A DNA stretch of 64,000 nt from Candidatus Zhuqueibacterota bacterium. Its GTDB lineage: Bacteria; Zhuqueibacterota; Zhuqueibacteria; Thermofontimicrobiales; Thermofontimicrobiaceae. The stretch covers positions 408,983 through 472,982 of the forward strand of contig JBMOPW010000014.1 of assembly GCA_049322915.1 (NCBI GenBank). Reading direction: 5' to 3'. The notes under the pieces were generated by a model, which was given only the letters and a program-made list of their open reading frames with translations, ran no database searches and had not been told where the DNA came from. Position numbers and translations under genes: made by a program. This document shows, one piece after another, positions 29,405 to 39,607 of this stretch. The first letter of the stretch is position 1. Every line of letters starts with the position of its first letter.

Positions 29405-30558
29405 CATACTCGATTTACGAATACGATGGACGCGTGCGGCGGGAGACTGAAGCGCTGCTGCGCGAGGGATTCGCAGTGGACGTGATCTGTCTCGGTGAGA
29501 AGGGCAAGCCGGGCCAAGCCACAGTGGACGGCGCCAGGCTGCATCGGGTTCAGCGCCGAGAGGTGAATGAACGGTATCTGGTTCAGTACATATACCGGCT
29601 GGCCCGATTCTTCCTGATGGTTTTTTTCAAGCTGACTCTGCTGTCGCTGAAAAATCGATACGCCCTGATTCACGTCCATAATTTGCCGGATTTTCTGGTG
29701 TTCACGACCATCGTCCCGAAATTGATGGGCGCGAAGGTCATTCTGGACATTCACGATGTGCTGCCAGAATTTTATGCCCGGAAATTCACCGTCCCCATGA
29801 GCCATTGGTGCGTCCGGCTGCTCATGTTTTTGGAACGATTGTCCATGTGCTACGCCGATCATGTGCTGACGGTGACGGAAATCTGGCGCGATCGGCTGAC
29901 GGAACGGGGCGTTGCGCCGGAGAAGTGCTCGGTGATTCTCAATGCGCCGGATGAGCGGTTGTTCCCGCAAAGCACATTCCCCATCCGAAACAACGGCGCG
30001 CCCATCAAATTGATTTACACCGGCACGCTGAAGGAACACTCCGGCATCGATATCATTCTCCGTGCGCTGCATCGGATGAAGGGCGCCGGCGTTGCGGCGC
30101 TGCTGGATGTGTACGGAATGGGCGAAGAAAAAGAGCGGTTGCTGCGCCAGGTGGAATCCCTGGGAATTCAGGATATGGTGCATTTTCATGAGGCAGTGCC
30201 TATCTCGCACATGCGCGAGGTGCTGGCCCGGTCAGATATCGGTATCGATCCCAAAAAGGCCGGTATATATTCCGGAGAGACGCTGAGCGTCAAATCCATG
30301 GAGTTTTTAGCGACCGGCCTGCCGGCGATAGTCTCGAAAACCAGAGCTGCTTCATTGTATTATGACGATTCCATGGTGGCGTTTTTCCAGCCGGAGGAGC
30401 CGGACGACCTGGCGCGATCGATCATCGAATTGAGCCGGAATCCGGAGCAGCGGGAAAGGCAGCGCAGGAATGGCAGAAAATTCTTCGCCACCCATAGCTG
30501 GTCAGTCTATCGCAGCAAATACCTGGCGATTGTCCGCGACCTGGCGCCGGCGAATTGA
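29386..30558 (+). CDS. Glycosyltransferase family 4
   Basis: DGRVRRE, HVHNLPD, DIHD, KSMEFLATGLP. Confidence 0.9.
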   Translation: MLCCAVAYSIYEYDGRVRRETEALLREGFAVDVICLGEKGKPGQATVDGARLHRVQRREVNERYLVQYIYRLARFFLMVFFKLTLLSLKNRYALIHVHNLPDFLVFTTIVPKLMGAKVILDIHDVLPEFYARKFTVPMSHWCVRLLMFLERLSMCYADHVLTVTEIWRDRLTERGVAPEKCSVILNAPDERLFPQSTFPIRNNGAPIKLIYTGTLKEHSGIDIILRALHRMKGAGVAALLDVYGMGEEKERLLRQVESLGIQDMVHFHEAVPISHMREVLARSDIGIDPKKAGIYSGETLSVKSMEFLATGLPAIVSKTRAASLYYDDSMVAFFQPEEPDDLARSIIELSRNPEQRERQRRNGRKFFATHSWSVYRSKYLAIVRDLAPAN

Positions 30559-30601
30559 GTCAACCTGCTAACTGAGCAAAATCAACCTGATGTGATCCAA
30601 T

Positions 30602-32182
30602 ATGCAATTCGAAACGCAGGCTACCCGGTTCAACAGGATTCAATGGGCTGAGGCATTAAGTCCCACCCTGTGGAGCCGAATTCATTGGAAATGGCAGCAT
30701 GGTATTTGGCTCGTCGCCGGACTACTGTGTGGCGCCAGCATTTTGGCCATTCTGAAATTCGAAAACGAGTGGCGAGCCTTCCTGCTGATCGGCGGTATCG
30801 CGCCATTCGTCTTCATGCTGAGCCGAAGCGTGAAGCGCCTGTGCCTCGCGCTGTTAGTCCTGTGCGTCCCCATCAATGCCGATGTGAATTTAATCTATCG
30901 GCCGCATCATGGCGGGGCCAGCGGACTGGGCATCCATCTGATCGACATCCCGCTGCTCTGCTTGTGCCTGTTCTGGCTGATTGAAATCGCCCGCAACCGA
31001 CGATTGGGATTCAGCCGGCTAACTCCCGCGATATTCCCGCTGTTCGGATTCTTTGTGTGCGCGTTGCTATCGATGCTCAACGCTGCAGATGTCCAATTCA
31101 GCCTGTTTGAAATCGTGCGACTGGTCGAGGCGATGCTGATATTTTTTGTCATCGCGCATTATGTCAACGAGGACAGGGAAATCCGCCTCATCCTTCTCCT
31201 TCTCGTCATCGGGTTGTTGCTGGAGAGCGCGATGGCATTTGTCCAGGGCTACCTGGGTCAATCCCTCGGGCTGTCGCTGCTGGGGGAGAGCGAGAAAATT
31301 GCGGAGCAGGAACTGGAAACTGTCGGCAGCGTCACGCGCGTCTGGGGCACCTTTGGCTCGTCCAATATTTTCGCGTTCTATTTGCAATGCATTGTGCCCG
31401 TTCTCATCGCGCTTCTTTTCAGTCGGTCGGTCGCGCCCTGGAAAATGCTATGGCTCATCGTGGCCATTGCCGGGACAATTGCCCTGCTGTTCACGCTTTC
31501 CCGCGGCGGCTGGATGGGATTTGCGTGTTCGATGCTGATCATCGCCGGGTTTCACTTTTTTCGCGGCAGGTTGACTATTGCCAAAGTGATGGCCCTCGTT
31601 GGCGTCGCCGGTCTGGCCGGACTCGTACTGTTCGGCTTTTCCGATTTGATCTGTGCGCGGCTTTTTTCCGATGACGGCGAATCGGCCTACCTCCGCGTTC
31701 CCATGATGCAGGTAGCCTGGGCAATTATCAAAGCGCATCCAATTTTGGGCATTGGCATTAACAATTACACCGTGGTGATGCGCTCTTACGATTCAACGGC
31801 GGAGCGGGTTTCGCTCTGGTTCGATTATCCTGTCCACAATGAATTCCTGCTGCTGGCAGCGGAGACAGGTATCTTCGGGCTGCTGTTCTTCATGGCGTTC
31901 ATGTATTTTCTCTTTAAAATTGGATTGTCGGCTGTAAAGCGTCATTCGAAGGCGCAGCTTACCAGCCATGTGGCCATTGGCATCATGGCCGGACTGTTCG
32001 GATTTCTGGTGCATTGCCTGGGCGATTTCCCATTGCTGGGCAACTTTACACTTTTCTGGGTGCTTGCCGGACTGCTGTGCGCCAGTGCGAATCGCCCGGC
32101 GACCCGGAGAGTTCAATTAACCGAAAACTGTTTTGTGAAATTTATAACCAACGTGTCTCTATGCTCGCAGCACATCAAATGA
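30602..32182 (+). CDS. O-antigen ligase/Wzy polymerase family protein
   Basis: Multiple TMs, RVWGTFGSSN, TLSRGGW, HPILGIGINN, HNEFL..AAETGIFG. Confidence 0.88.
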   Translation: MQFETQATRFNRIQWAEALSPTLWSRIHWKWQHGIWLVAGLLCGASILAILKFENEWRAFLLIGGIAPFVFMLSRSVKRLCLALLVLCVPINADVNLIYRPHHGGASGLGIHLIDIPLLCLCLFWLIEIARNRRLGFSRLTPAIFPLFGFFVCALLSMLNAADVQFSLFEIVRLVEAMLIFFVIAHYVNEDREIRLILLLLVIGLLLESAMAFVQGYLGQSLGLSLLGESEKIAEQELETVGSVTRVWGTFGSSNIFAFYLQCIVPVLIALLFSRSVAPWKMLWLIVAIAGTIALLFTLSRGGWMGFACSMLIIAGFHFFRGRLTIAKVMALVGVAGLAGLVLFGFSDLICARLFSDDGESAYLRVPMMQVAWAIIKAHPILGIGINNYTVVMRSYDSTAERVSLWFDYPVHNEFLLLAAETGIFGLLFFMAFMYFLFKIGLSAVKRHSKAQLTSHVAIGIMAGLFGFLVHCLGDFPLLGNFTLFWVLAGLLCASANRPATRRVQLTENCFVKFITNVSLCSQHIK

Positions 32183-33639
32183 CAAAGAATACGGCCATCA
32201 TTTTTTTGAACCGGCTGATTAGCCCGGTCATCGCCATGGTGCTGGTGATTTATGTGGCGCGTCACCTCAGCGTGGAAGACATGGGAAAATATTCGTTCAT
32301 TCGATCCTATTTCTCCATCTTCATGGTCATTGCTTCGTTCGGATTGCAACGGCCGCTCATCCGGGAAATTGCCAACAATCAGAAAAAGGCCGGCGTCTAT
32401 TTTTTCAATTCGGCGCTGCTGGGACTGGGTTCATCCGTTGCGATGATCGGAATCGCCTGTGCGATTATTCTGTTAGCGGACTACCCCCGGGATGTGCGAA
32501 TCGGCGTTTACATCATCAGCTTTGCGCTGCTGGCCACCACGCTGGATGAATATTGCCAGGCTGTCTTTGCTGCGTTCGAAAAATTCGGGCAGAATACGGT
32601 CATCATCCTGGTCTCCAGCCTGTTGCGGACAGCCGCGGCGATCCTGGTCCTGGTTCATGGTCACGGGCTGTTCCTGCTCATCGCTGTCATACTCGGCGTC
32701 GATTTCATCGAGCTATTTTTGAAACTGGTCGCAGTGAAAAAAATGGTGGGCTCCATCCCTGTCATGGTGGAGCCGCAGTTTGTGAAAAGCCTGGTACGGC
32801 TGGTCCCGACCTTCACGCTCATCTCAGTGCTGTCGGTGATCTATTGGCGGGTCGACATGCTGATGCTCTCAAAAATGACAACCATGGTGGAGGTCGGCAT
32901 CTATGCAGCAGCCTACCGACTGATGGAGGCGTGCAAAAGCCTTCCGTTGAGCATCACCCGGGCCATGTTTCCGGGGCTGTCGCAAATGTGCTGCACGGAT
33001 ATGACCCGCGCCAAAGCAAAGACCAATCAGGTCTATAAATGGACAGCGCTGCTCATCATCCCGCTGGCGGCCGGGACAGCGATGTTCGCCGACGAGATTA
33101 TTTTTTTCTTTTACAAAGCCAAATTTATGGCAGCGGCGCCAGTCCTGCAAATTTTAATCTGGACCATTGTGCCCTACGGCCTGGCCATGATTCTGGCCAA
33201 TCTGCTCGTCGCGTGCAATTTGCAAAAATATGATTTGTACGTCAACCTGGTCGCATTCAGCCTGAACCTCGTTCTGAATTTCGTGCTGATCCGGAAATAC
33301 AGCTACCTGGGCGCAAGTTACGCGACGCTCATTTCCATCGTCGTGTTCTTCGCCTTGCAACTTTACTTCGTGCGTCGCCATCTCTTTGCGCTGCACTACG
33401 CAGCGCTGCTGGTGAGACCGCTGGTTGCGTCGCTGGCCATGTCCGGATTTTTATACTATTCGACTGATCTGCCGATGCTTGTCCGTCTCATTGCAGCCGT
33501 CGGCATCTATGTCACGGCGCTGGGATTGATGAAGACGTTCACCAAACCGGAACTGGCACGTTTGGGACTGGCAAAATGCGACTGGCCAATGAAATTATTT
33601 TTCAAAAAAGAAAAAGTAACCGTGAGGATTGTGGAATGA
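32179..33639 (+). CDS. Wzx-type flippase
   Basis: About 14 TMs, ARHLS..DMGKY, RVDMLML, VGIYAAAYRL, LNFVLI..Y...GA. Confidence 0.9.
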   Translation: MTKNTAIIFLNRLISPVIAMVLVIYVARHLSVEDMGKYSFIRSYFSIFMVIASFGLQRPLIREIANNQKKAGVYFFNSALLGLGSSVAMIGIACAIILLADYPRDVRIGVYIISFALLATTLDEYCQAVFAAFEKFGQNTVIILVSSLLRTAAAILVLVHGHGLFLLIAVILGVDFIELFLKLVAVKKMVGSIPVMVEPQFVKSLVRLVPTFTLISVLSVIYWRVDMLMLSKMTTMVEVGIYAAAYRLMEACKSLPLSITRAMFPGLSQMCCTDMTRAKAKTNQVYKWTALLIIPLAAGTAMFADEIIFFFYKAKFMAAAPVLQILIWTIVPYGLAMILANLLVACNLQKYDLYVNLVAFSLNLVLNFVLIRKYSYLGASYATLISIVVFFALQLYFVRRHLFALHYAALLVRPLVASLAMSGFLYYSTDLPMLVRLIAAVGIYVTALGLMKTFTKPELARLGLAKCDWPMKLFFKKEKVTVRIVE

Positions 33640-34598
33640 TATCTGTCATAATTCCGGTTTACAATTGCAAAACGACTCTGCCGGACGTGCTGCACGGGTT
33701 GGCGCAACAAAAGCCGGATTCGGAAATGTTCGAAGTCATCGTCGTGGACGACGGTTCCACGGATGGCTCCCAGTTCATCGCCCGGGAATTCAGCGCAACA
33801 TCGCCGGTCTGGACTGCGTTTTTGTCCCAACCCAATCAGGGCGCGGCAGCCGCCAGAAACACCGGTATTCAACAGGCGCGCGGGGAAATACTGCTTTTCC
33901 TCGATGCGGATATTATTCCGACGCCGACGCTTTTGGCTGAACATGCGGCGTTCCACCGAACTCACCCGGCTGTGACGGACGCCGTGCGAGGCAGGGTCAT
34001 TCTCAGTCCGGCCATTGATCTGTCGCAGCAGGTGGTGCTGGATCAAACCTATCTCAAAGACGAACAGCCCCTGGAGACGCGCATTGCGTGGACGGATTTT
34101 GTGACCAACAATATTTCGCTGAAGCAGAGACTGCTGACGGAAAACAATCTGCGGTTCGATGAGCGCATGCTCCGCAATGAAGACGTGGAATTGGGCTATC
34201 GGCTGACGCAGGTAGGGCTGCGGCTGTTCTATCATTCCGGCGCGGTGGGCTATCACCATCATCCCATGACGCTGGCTAAACACATCGAGCGAGCGAAAAT
34301 CCACAGCCGTTCGTACGCCATCTGGTTCAACCGGCAGCCGCATCTGAAAAATGAGCTGGTGAAAATGGGCAAGGAGCAGAATTATGGGTTTGTGACGCGG
34401 CAGAGCCGCTTTGCCAGAAAGGTGAAGCATTACGGAAAGACAGTCCTGGTGAACGGACTGACCGTTCATCTGCTCACGATGCTGGGACAAATGGCGCTGC
34501 GCAGACGCGGCGAACTGGCGCGGCAATTCTTCAGGCACGTGTATCAGTATTATTTCAGAACGAATCTGAGACGGCAGACGAGATTATTGGCGCGGTGA
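33636..34598 (+). CDS. Glycosyltransferase family 2
   Basis: SVIIPVYN, VVDDGSTD, ARNTG, FLDAD, EDVELGYR. Confidence 0.93.
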   Translation: MISVIIPVYNCKTTLPDVLHGLAQQKPDSEMFEVIVVDDGSTDGSQFIAREFSATSPVWTAFLSQPNQGAAAARNTGIQQARGEILLFLDADIIPTPTLLAEHAAFHRTHPAVTDAVRGRVILSPAIDLSQQVVLDQTYLKDEQPLETRIAWTDFVTNNISLKQRLLTENNLRFDERMLRNEDVELGYRLTQVGLRLFYHSGAVGYHHHPMTLAKHIERAKIHSRSYAIWFNRQPHLKNELVKMGKEQNYGFVTRQSRFARKVKHYGKTVLVNGLTVHLLTMLGQMALRRRGELARQFFRHVYQYYFRTNLRRQTRLLAR

Positions 34599-34601
34599 AC
34601 G

Positions 34602-35906
34602 ATGGGATTCTCTGAGACAGAAAAAATAGTGAGCTATACCAGGGCAGGCGCCGGCGGACTCGATCGGCAGACTGAATCCCCGGCCCCGACGTTTTGGCCC
34701 GGCGCTCATTCGGGCGAGCAATTCGCGCAGCGTGAAGAGAACAAACTATCCGTCCTCATGTTGCTGCCCTACTTCCCGCCGGACTACTCCGGCGCTGGCG
34801 CCCAGGCGTTGAAATTATCGCTGGCGCTCCGGCGATGCGGCCTGTCCGTCTCCGTGATGACCACCGGAACGAGCGCACTGATGCGGTTCGGACAGGTGGC
34901 TGGTATTTCGGTAATTCGGATTCCGGCGTTCGGTCCGGAATGGCTGCGCACCGTGTTGTTCAACGTGGGCAGCCTGCCGCTTCTGTTGTTGCGCATGAAG
35001 CGTTTCGATGTCATCCATCTCCACAGCCTGAACGGGATGTACAGCGCGATGCTCCTCAAATGGCTGGCCGGGAAAAAGGTCATTTTTAAAATAACCAACT
35101 TCGGCATGGACGACCCGGTCTCGCTGCGGAGACAACCGGGCGGGAGATTGAAATTGTTCTTTTTCAAGCGTGCGGATCGCGTTGTTGCCATCAGCCGGGA
35201 TTGCCTGAAGTCGTGCCGGCAATCGAAGGTGGCGCCTGGCGTATGCGCCTTCATCCCCAACGGCGTGGATGTGGAATTATTCAAGCCATTGAATCGCGAG
35301 CAGCGGGCCAGGCTGCGGAGAATGATGGCTGTGAAGGAAGACGAACTGGTCATCGCCTTCGTGGGACAGATTCGCCGGCGGAAGGGCGTCATAAAAATTG
35401 TCAGGGCGTTGAGGCCGATGCTTGCCGGGACGCGACGTATCCGCTGCTTTATCGTGGGGCCGGTCGCTGAAACCGATTACTTTGCTACGGTGCAGGAAGA
35501 GATTGCCGCGCAGTCGTCCGGCGCGTTTTTTCACTTCACAGGCGAGGTCGGGGATGCCCGGCGCTATCTGCAAATTTCGGATATCTTCGTCTTCCCATCG
35601 GAAAGGGAGGGTCTGCCCAATGCCCTGCTCGAAGCCATGGCCTGCGGACTGGCCTGCATCGCCAGCAATATCAGTGGGTGCGCCGATGTCATCACTCACG
35701 GGAAAAATGGATTGCTGGTTGACCCGGATTCCATCTCAGAATTGACAGAGGCCATTCGGGCCGTTGCGGAAGACGGTCGACTGCGCACACGATTGGGCCG
35801 CGCAGCGCGTCGATCAATGTGCGAACAGTACTCGCTGGATCGAATCGCCGGCGCCTATTGCGAATTGTATGGAAGCGTTTTACAGAGGCCAATGAGTCGG
35901 ATTTGA
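34602..35906 (+). CDS. Glycosyltransferase family 4
   Basis: IPNGVD, RKG, PSEREGLPNALLEAMACG. Confidence 0.92.
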   Translation: MGFSETEKIVSYTRAGAGGLDRQTESPAPTFWPGAHSGEQFAQREENKLSVLMLLPYFPPDYSGAGAQALKLSLALRRCGLSVSVMTTGTSALMRFGQVAGISVIRIPAFGPEWLRTVLFNVGSLPLLLLRMKRFDVIHLHSLNGMYSAMLLKWLAGKKVIFKITNFGMDDPVSLRRQPGGRLKLFFFKRADRVVAISRDCLKSCRQSKVAPGVCAFIPNGVDVELFKPLNREQRARLRRMMAVKEDELVIAFVGQIRRRKGVIKIVRALRPMLAGTRRIRCFIVGPVAETDYFATVQEEIAAQSSGAFFHFTGEVGDARRYLQISDIFVFPSEREGLPNALLEAMACGLACIASNISGCADVITHGKNGLLVDPDSISELTEAIRAVAEDGRLRTRLGRAARRSMCEQYSLDRIAGAYCELYGSVLQRPMSRI

Positions 35907-35937
35907 ATTGTGTGAATTAAAAAAAATGGAGCGAATT

Positions 35938-38043
35938 ATGAAAGTTGGAATTATTGGAGCCGGGGAAATTGCGCAGTACCATATCCCGTACATCCAGGAA
36001 TTGGAACAGGTCGAGGTGTGCGCTGTGTGCGACAGCAACGCGGAGCGGGCGTCGCAACTGGCGAAGCGTTTCCGTGTGGCGCGCAGCTATGCCAGCGCAA
36101 CGGCCATGCTCGATTGCGAATCTCCTGACGTCGTTCATATTTTAACCCCGCCAAAAACGCACGCGCATCTGGCCGGGGAAGCGATGATGCGCGGCTGTCA
36201 CGTGCTGGTCGAAAAGCCCATGGCCATGAACGAAGCCGAAGCCGTGGACATGCTGCGCGCTGCGGAGCAAAACCGCGTGCGGCTTTCAGTCTGTCATGTC
36301 TATTTGTACGATCCCATGTTTCTGCGACTCATGGCGTATATCGAGTCCGGCCAGTTGGGCGAAATCATTCATGTGGAAGGCTACTGGTTCAACAATCCCA
36401 ACTTCGATGGGTCCAATGCCTACTCCCTGCGGGATCACAGCACCGGCTGGGCCTATCAGTTGCCCGGCGGCGTCTTTGCCAATTTCCTGGATCATCCGAT
36501 CTATCTTCAGAGCGCGCTGTTGAAAGGGATAAACGGCGTTTCGGTCGCGACAAAGAAGGTCGGCGATAATCCCTTTGTCCAGTACGACGAATTGCGGATT
36601 CAATTTGAAGGTCAACAGGCCAGCGGCGCCATTGTCGCGTCGCTGAATATCAAACCGAACATCAATTTGATCCGGGTGTATGGGACGAAGATGATCGTCA
36701 CAGCCGATATGACGCACATGACCCTCACCACCCAGCAGTCAAAAAATCTGCCTCACATGGTGATGAAGCTTTACAACAATTTCACAGGGAGCCGCCAGGT
36801 CTTTTCTGACACGCTGAAAAATTCGATGCAGATAGTGACCGGCAAAGTGAAACCGCGGCAGGGCTTACGAACCTTTCTCAGACGGTTCTACGAATCGCTC
36901 GCGAACAATTCGGAAATGCCGGTGAGCCCGGAAGATGGGCTCGAAAATGTCAGGCTGTGCCAGTCGATCTGGCGCAAGGCCGATGAAGATTTCCAGCGAC
37001 GCGCGTCGATCGGGGCGACAAAACCATCGTCGGCATCTTCGGTAGCGGCGCAGCAAAAATCGTGGGTGCTGGTGACCGGCGCTGATGGATTTTTGGGCCG
37101 AAATTTAGTGAAGCGCCTTCTCAGTATGCAGAAGAATGTGAAAGTGCTGATCCGGCGGATCAACCGGGATTACCTGAACGAGCCCAATGTCGAGGTGATT
37201 TACGGCGATATCCGGGACAAGGAGCTTGTGCGTCGATCCATGATAGGCGTGGATACGGCGTTCCATCTGGCCGGCAAAGTGACCAATCGCGGTGCCTGGC
37301 AGGATTTCCAAGAGGTGAATATCGAAGCCACGCGCAATCTGCTGGATGCTTCCCGGGCTGCCGGGATCAAAAAGTTCGTCTATGTCAGCTCGGTGGTTGT
37401 GTACGGTTTTCACAAAAGAAACGGTAGCAATGTGATTCACGAATCAGATGGGTATGGGGACGATATGGGTCGGTATCACTACTACGCCAAGTCGAAATTG
37501 TTGGCGGATAAACTCGCTCTGGACTATCACGCGCTATATGGATTCCCGGTCACGGTGATTCGGCCTGGCATCATTTACGGGCCGATGGGCGGCAATGTGT
37601 TCAATGGGAGTAAAATTGTCTTCGGGCAAAAGAACAAGCTGTTCCCTTATGTCTATGTCAAAAACGTGGTGGACGCCATCCTGGTTACGACGGAAAAGGA
37701 AGAGGCCAATGGTCAGGCCTATAATGTGGTCGACACAGCGCCGTTGACGCAGAGGCAATTTTTGAAAAAGATCGAACGGATCCTGGGAGCGAAGAAGAGG
37801 GCGGTCTGCGTGCCCCTGGTTGTGACAGCGACCTCCGCGAAATTGCTTGAATACATGTCCCGAAGAAAGGATTCCGAAGTGTCGCCGCCCATTTCCATGT
37901 TTACTGTGGATGCCATCCGGAGAAATTTGGTCTTTGACACGTCGAAAATCAGGGAGGAATTAGGCTGGGCGCCGGCCTACTCCACCGATGAAGGGCTGAA
38001 GGAATCGTTCCAGTGGTTCAATCAACAGGCGCCGAGTCGGTGA
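35938..38043 (+). CDS. Fused Gfo/Idh/MocA oxidoreductase plus NAD-dependent epimerase/dehydratase
   Basis: GIIGAG, HVLVEKPM in the N-half; VTGADGFLG, YAKSK, IRPG in the C-half. Confidence 0.85.
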   Translation: MKVGIIGAGEIAQYHIPYIQELEQVEVCAVCDSNAERASQLAKRFRVARSYASATAMLDCESPDVVHILTPPKTHAHLAGEAMMRGCHVLVEKPMAMNEAEAVDMLRAAEQNRVRLSVCHVYLYDPMFLRLMAYIESGQLGEIIHVEGYWFNNPNFDGSNAYSLRDHSTGWAYQLPGGVFANFLDHPIYLQSALLKGINGVSVATKKVGDNPFVQYDELRIQFEGQQASGAIVASLNIKPNINLIRVYGTKMIVTADMTHMTLTTQQSKNLPHMVMKLYNNFTGSRQVFSDTLKNSMQIVTGKVKPRQGLRTFLRRFYESLANNSEMPVSPEDGLENVRLCQSIWRKADEDFQRRASIGATKPSSASSVAAQQKSWVLVTGADGFLGRNLVKRLLSMQKNVKVLIRRINRDYLNEPNVEVIYGDIRDKELVRRSMIGVDTAFHLAGKVTNRGAWQDFQEVNIEATRNLLDASRAAGIKKFVYVSSVVVYGFHKRNGSNVIHESDGYGDDMGRYHYYAKSKLLADKLALDYHALYGFPVTVIRPGIIYGPMGGNVFNGSKIVFGQKNKLFPYVYVKNVVDAILVTTEKEEANGQAYNVVDTAPLTQRQFLKKIERILGAKKRAVCVPLVVTATSAKLLEYMSRRKDSEVSPPISMFTVDAIRRNLVFDTSKIREELGWAPAYSTDEGLKESFQWFNQQAPSR

Positions 38044-38173
38044 ATCGCGCCGCGCCATCGGCGTCATCTGGATTCCATGGTGTGACTGAAAGTTACTCTG
38101 GCTGGAAGTGCTTCCGAAATCAATCGGCAACACCCTGGAATATGTATTGAAACTGCATTGTGAGAAAGGGCTT

Positions 38174-39556
38174 ATGTACAGGACAAGCGTTCAAAAAGTG
38201 ATTTTCCCGATGCTGGAACTGGGCCATGGCTCCGGCATTCAACGGCGACTGGCGTTTTTACAGGACAGCGAGCGGTGGGACCTGAGTCGATTGCGGAATT
38301 TTCAGGAAGAGAAACTGCGTCGCTTGCTGAATCATGCGTACGAGCATGTGCCCTATTATCGGAGGGTTTTCCGAGAGAGAAATCTGCTGCCCAAAAACAT
38401 CGATCCGTCAAACCTGGACAGGCTCCCCATTCTGGATAAGGACACCATCCGGAACCATCAGCGCGACCTGTTGGCGACCAATATCCCCAAAGCGCGATTG
38501 ATCCATTCAGCGACGAGCGGATCCACCGGTCAGCCTCTGGAATTCTATCGCACCAGGCAGCAGGAAGATTGGTACTGGGCGCTTCGCTACCGCGCCTGGG
38601 CCTGGGGCGGCTACGAATTGGGCGACCCATACATCCGCGCATCGTGGAAAAAGCGGCCCATGAAGAAAAAAGTGCAGCATTGGCTGACTCGCTGCACCTA
38701 TTTCCAATTTGCCCATGTCAATGACGCATTGCTGGATCGGTACATCCGGCGAATGCGCGGCTCGCGGATCAGATTTGCTGAGGGCTTCCCTTCCACTTTT
38801 TTTCTGCTGGCCAATTATGCGAGGAAGCAGGGCGTCGATGATATTCGACTCGAGTCTATCATGACGAGCGGGGAGATGCTGTTCCCGCATTATCGCTCGC
38901 TGATCGAGTCGCAGTTCCACACCAGAATTTTCGATAATTACGCTGCCGGCGGAGAAGGGCTGACGATGGCGGCGCAGTGCGAATTCCGCCAGGGCTATCA
39001 CATGAACATGGAAAGCGTGGTCCTGGAGTTCTTATTGAATGAGCGGCCGGTTGCTGCCGGCGAGGTTGGGAAAATTTACATCACTGCGCTGGACAATTTC
39101 GCATTCCCGCTGATTCGCTACGATATCGAAGACGTGGGACGGCCGACAACGCAGAAATGTCCCTGTGGCCGACACCTCACACTGATGGAATCCGTGGAAG
39201 GTCGCACAGCGGATATCATTGTCACGCCGGAGGGCTATTTCATCGGCGTCAGTTTTTTTATGGCCCTGTTCAAACAAGTGAGCGGGATACAGACGTTCCA
39301 GATAGTTCAGGAGAAGGACTACCGCCTGCACATTCGCATTGTGAAAAACAACGCGTTTCCTTCGAACGGTGTGGATTCATTGAGGCGAAAAATTTCCGAG
39401 ATGTGCAACAACACCCTGGAGATGCAGTTTGAATTTGTGGACGACATCGCCCCGGCGTCCTCCAATAAACGCCGGTTTGTGATCTCGCACGCGCCGCTCA
39501 ATTCACCTGTGAGCGTCGCTGACCAATCACCGCAGTTAGAGAAAATTGCTGTCTGA
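38174..39556 (+). CDS. CapK/phenylacetate-CoA-ligase-like adenylate-forming enzyme
   Basis: AYEHVPYY, LPILDK, TSGSTGQP, PLIRYDIED, EGR..D; alternative start 38108. Confidence 0.85.
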   Translation: MYRTSVQKVIFPMLELGHGSGIQRRLAFLQDSERWDLSRLRNFQEEKLRRLLNHAYEHVPYYRRVFRERNLLPKNIDPSNLDRLPILDKDTIRNHQRDLLATNIPKARLIHSATSGSTGQPLEFYRTRQQEDWYWALRYRAWAWGGYELGDPYIRASWKKRPMKKKVQHWLTRCTYFQFAHVNDALLDRYIRRMRGSRIRFAEGFPSTFFLLANYARKQGVDDIRLESIMTSGEMLFPHYRSLIESQFHTRIFDNYAAGGEGLTMAAQCEFRQGYHMNMESVVLEFLLNERPVAAGEVGKIYITALDNFAFPLIRYDIEDVGRPTTQKCPCGRHLTLMESVEGRTADIIVTPEGYFIGVSFFMALFKQVSGIQTFQIVQEKDYRLHIRIVKNNAFPSNGVDSLRRKISEMCNNTLEMQFEFVDDIAPASSNKRRFVISHAPLNSPVSVADQSPQLEKIAV

Positions 39557-39607
39557 CAGGGGGGACAGCGGGATCATTTCAAACACAGGCATCGCCGGAG
39601 GTCAATC

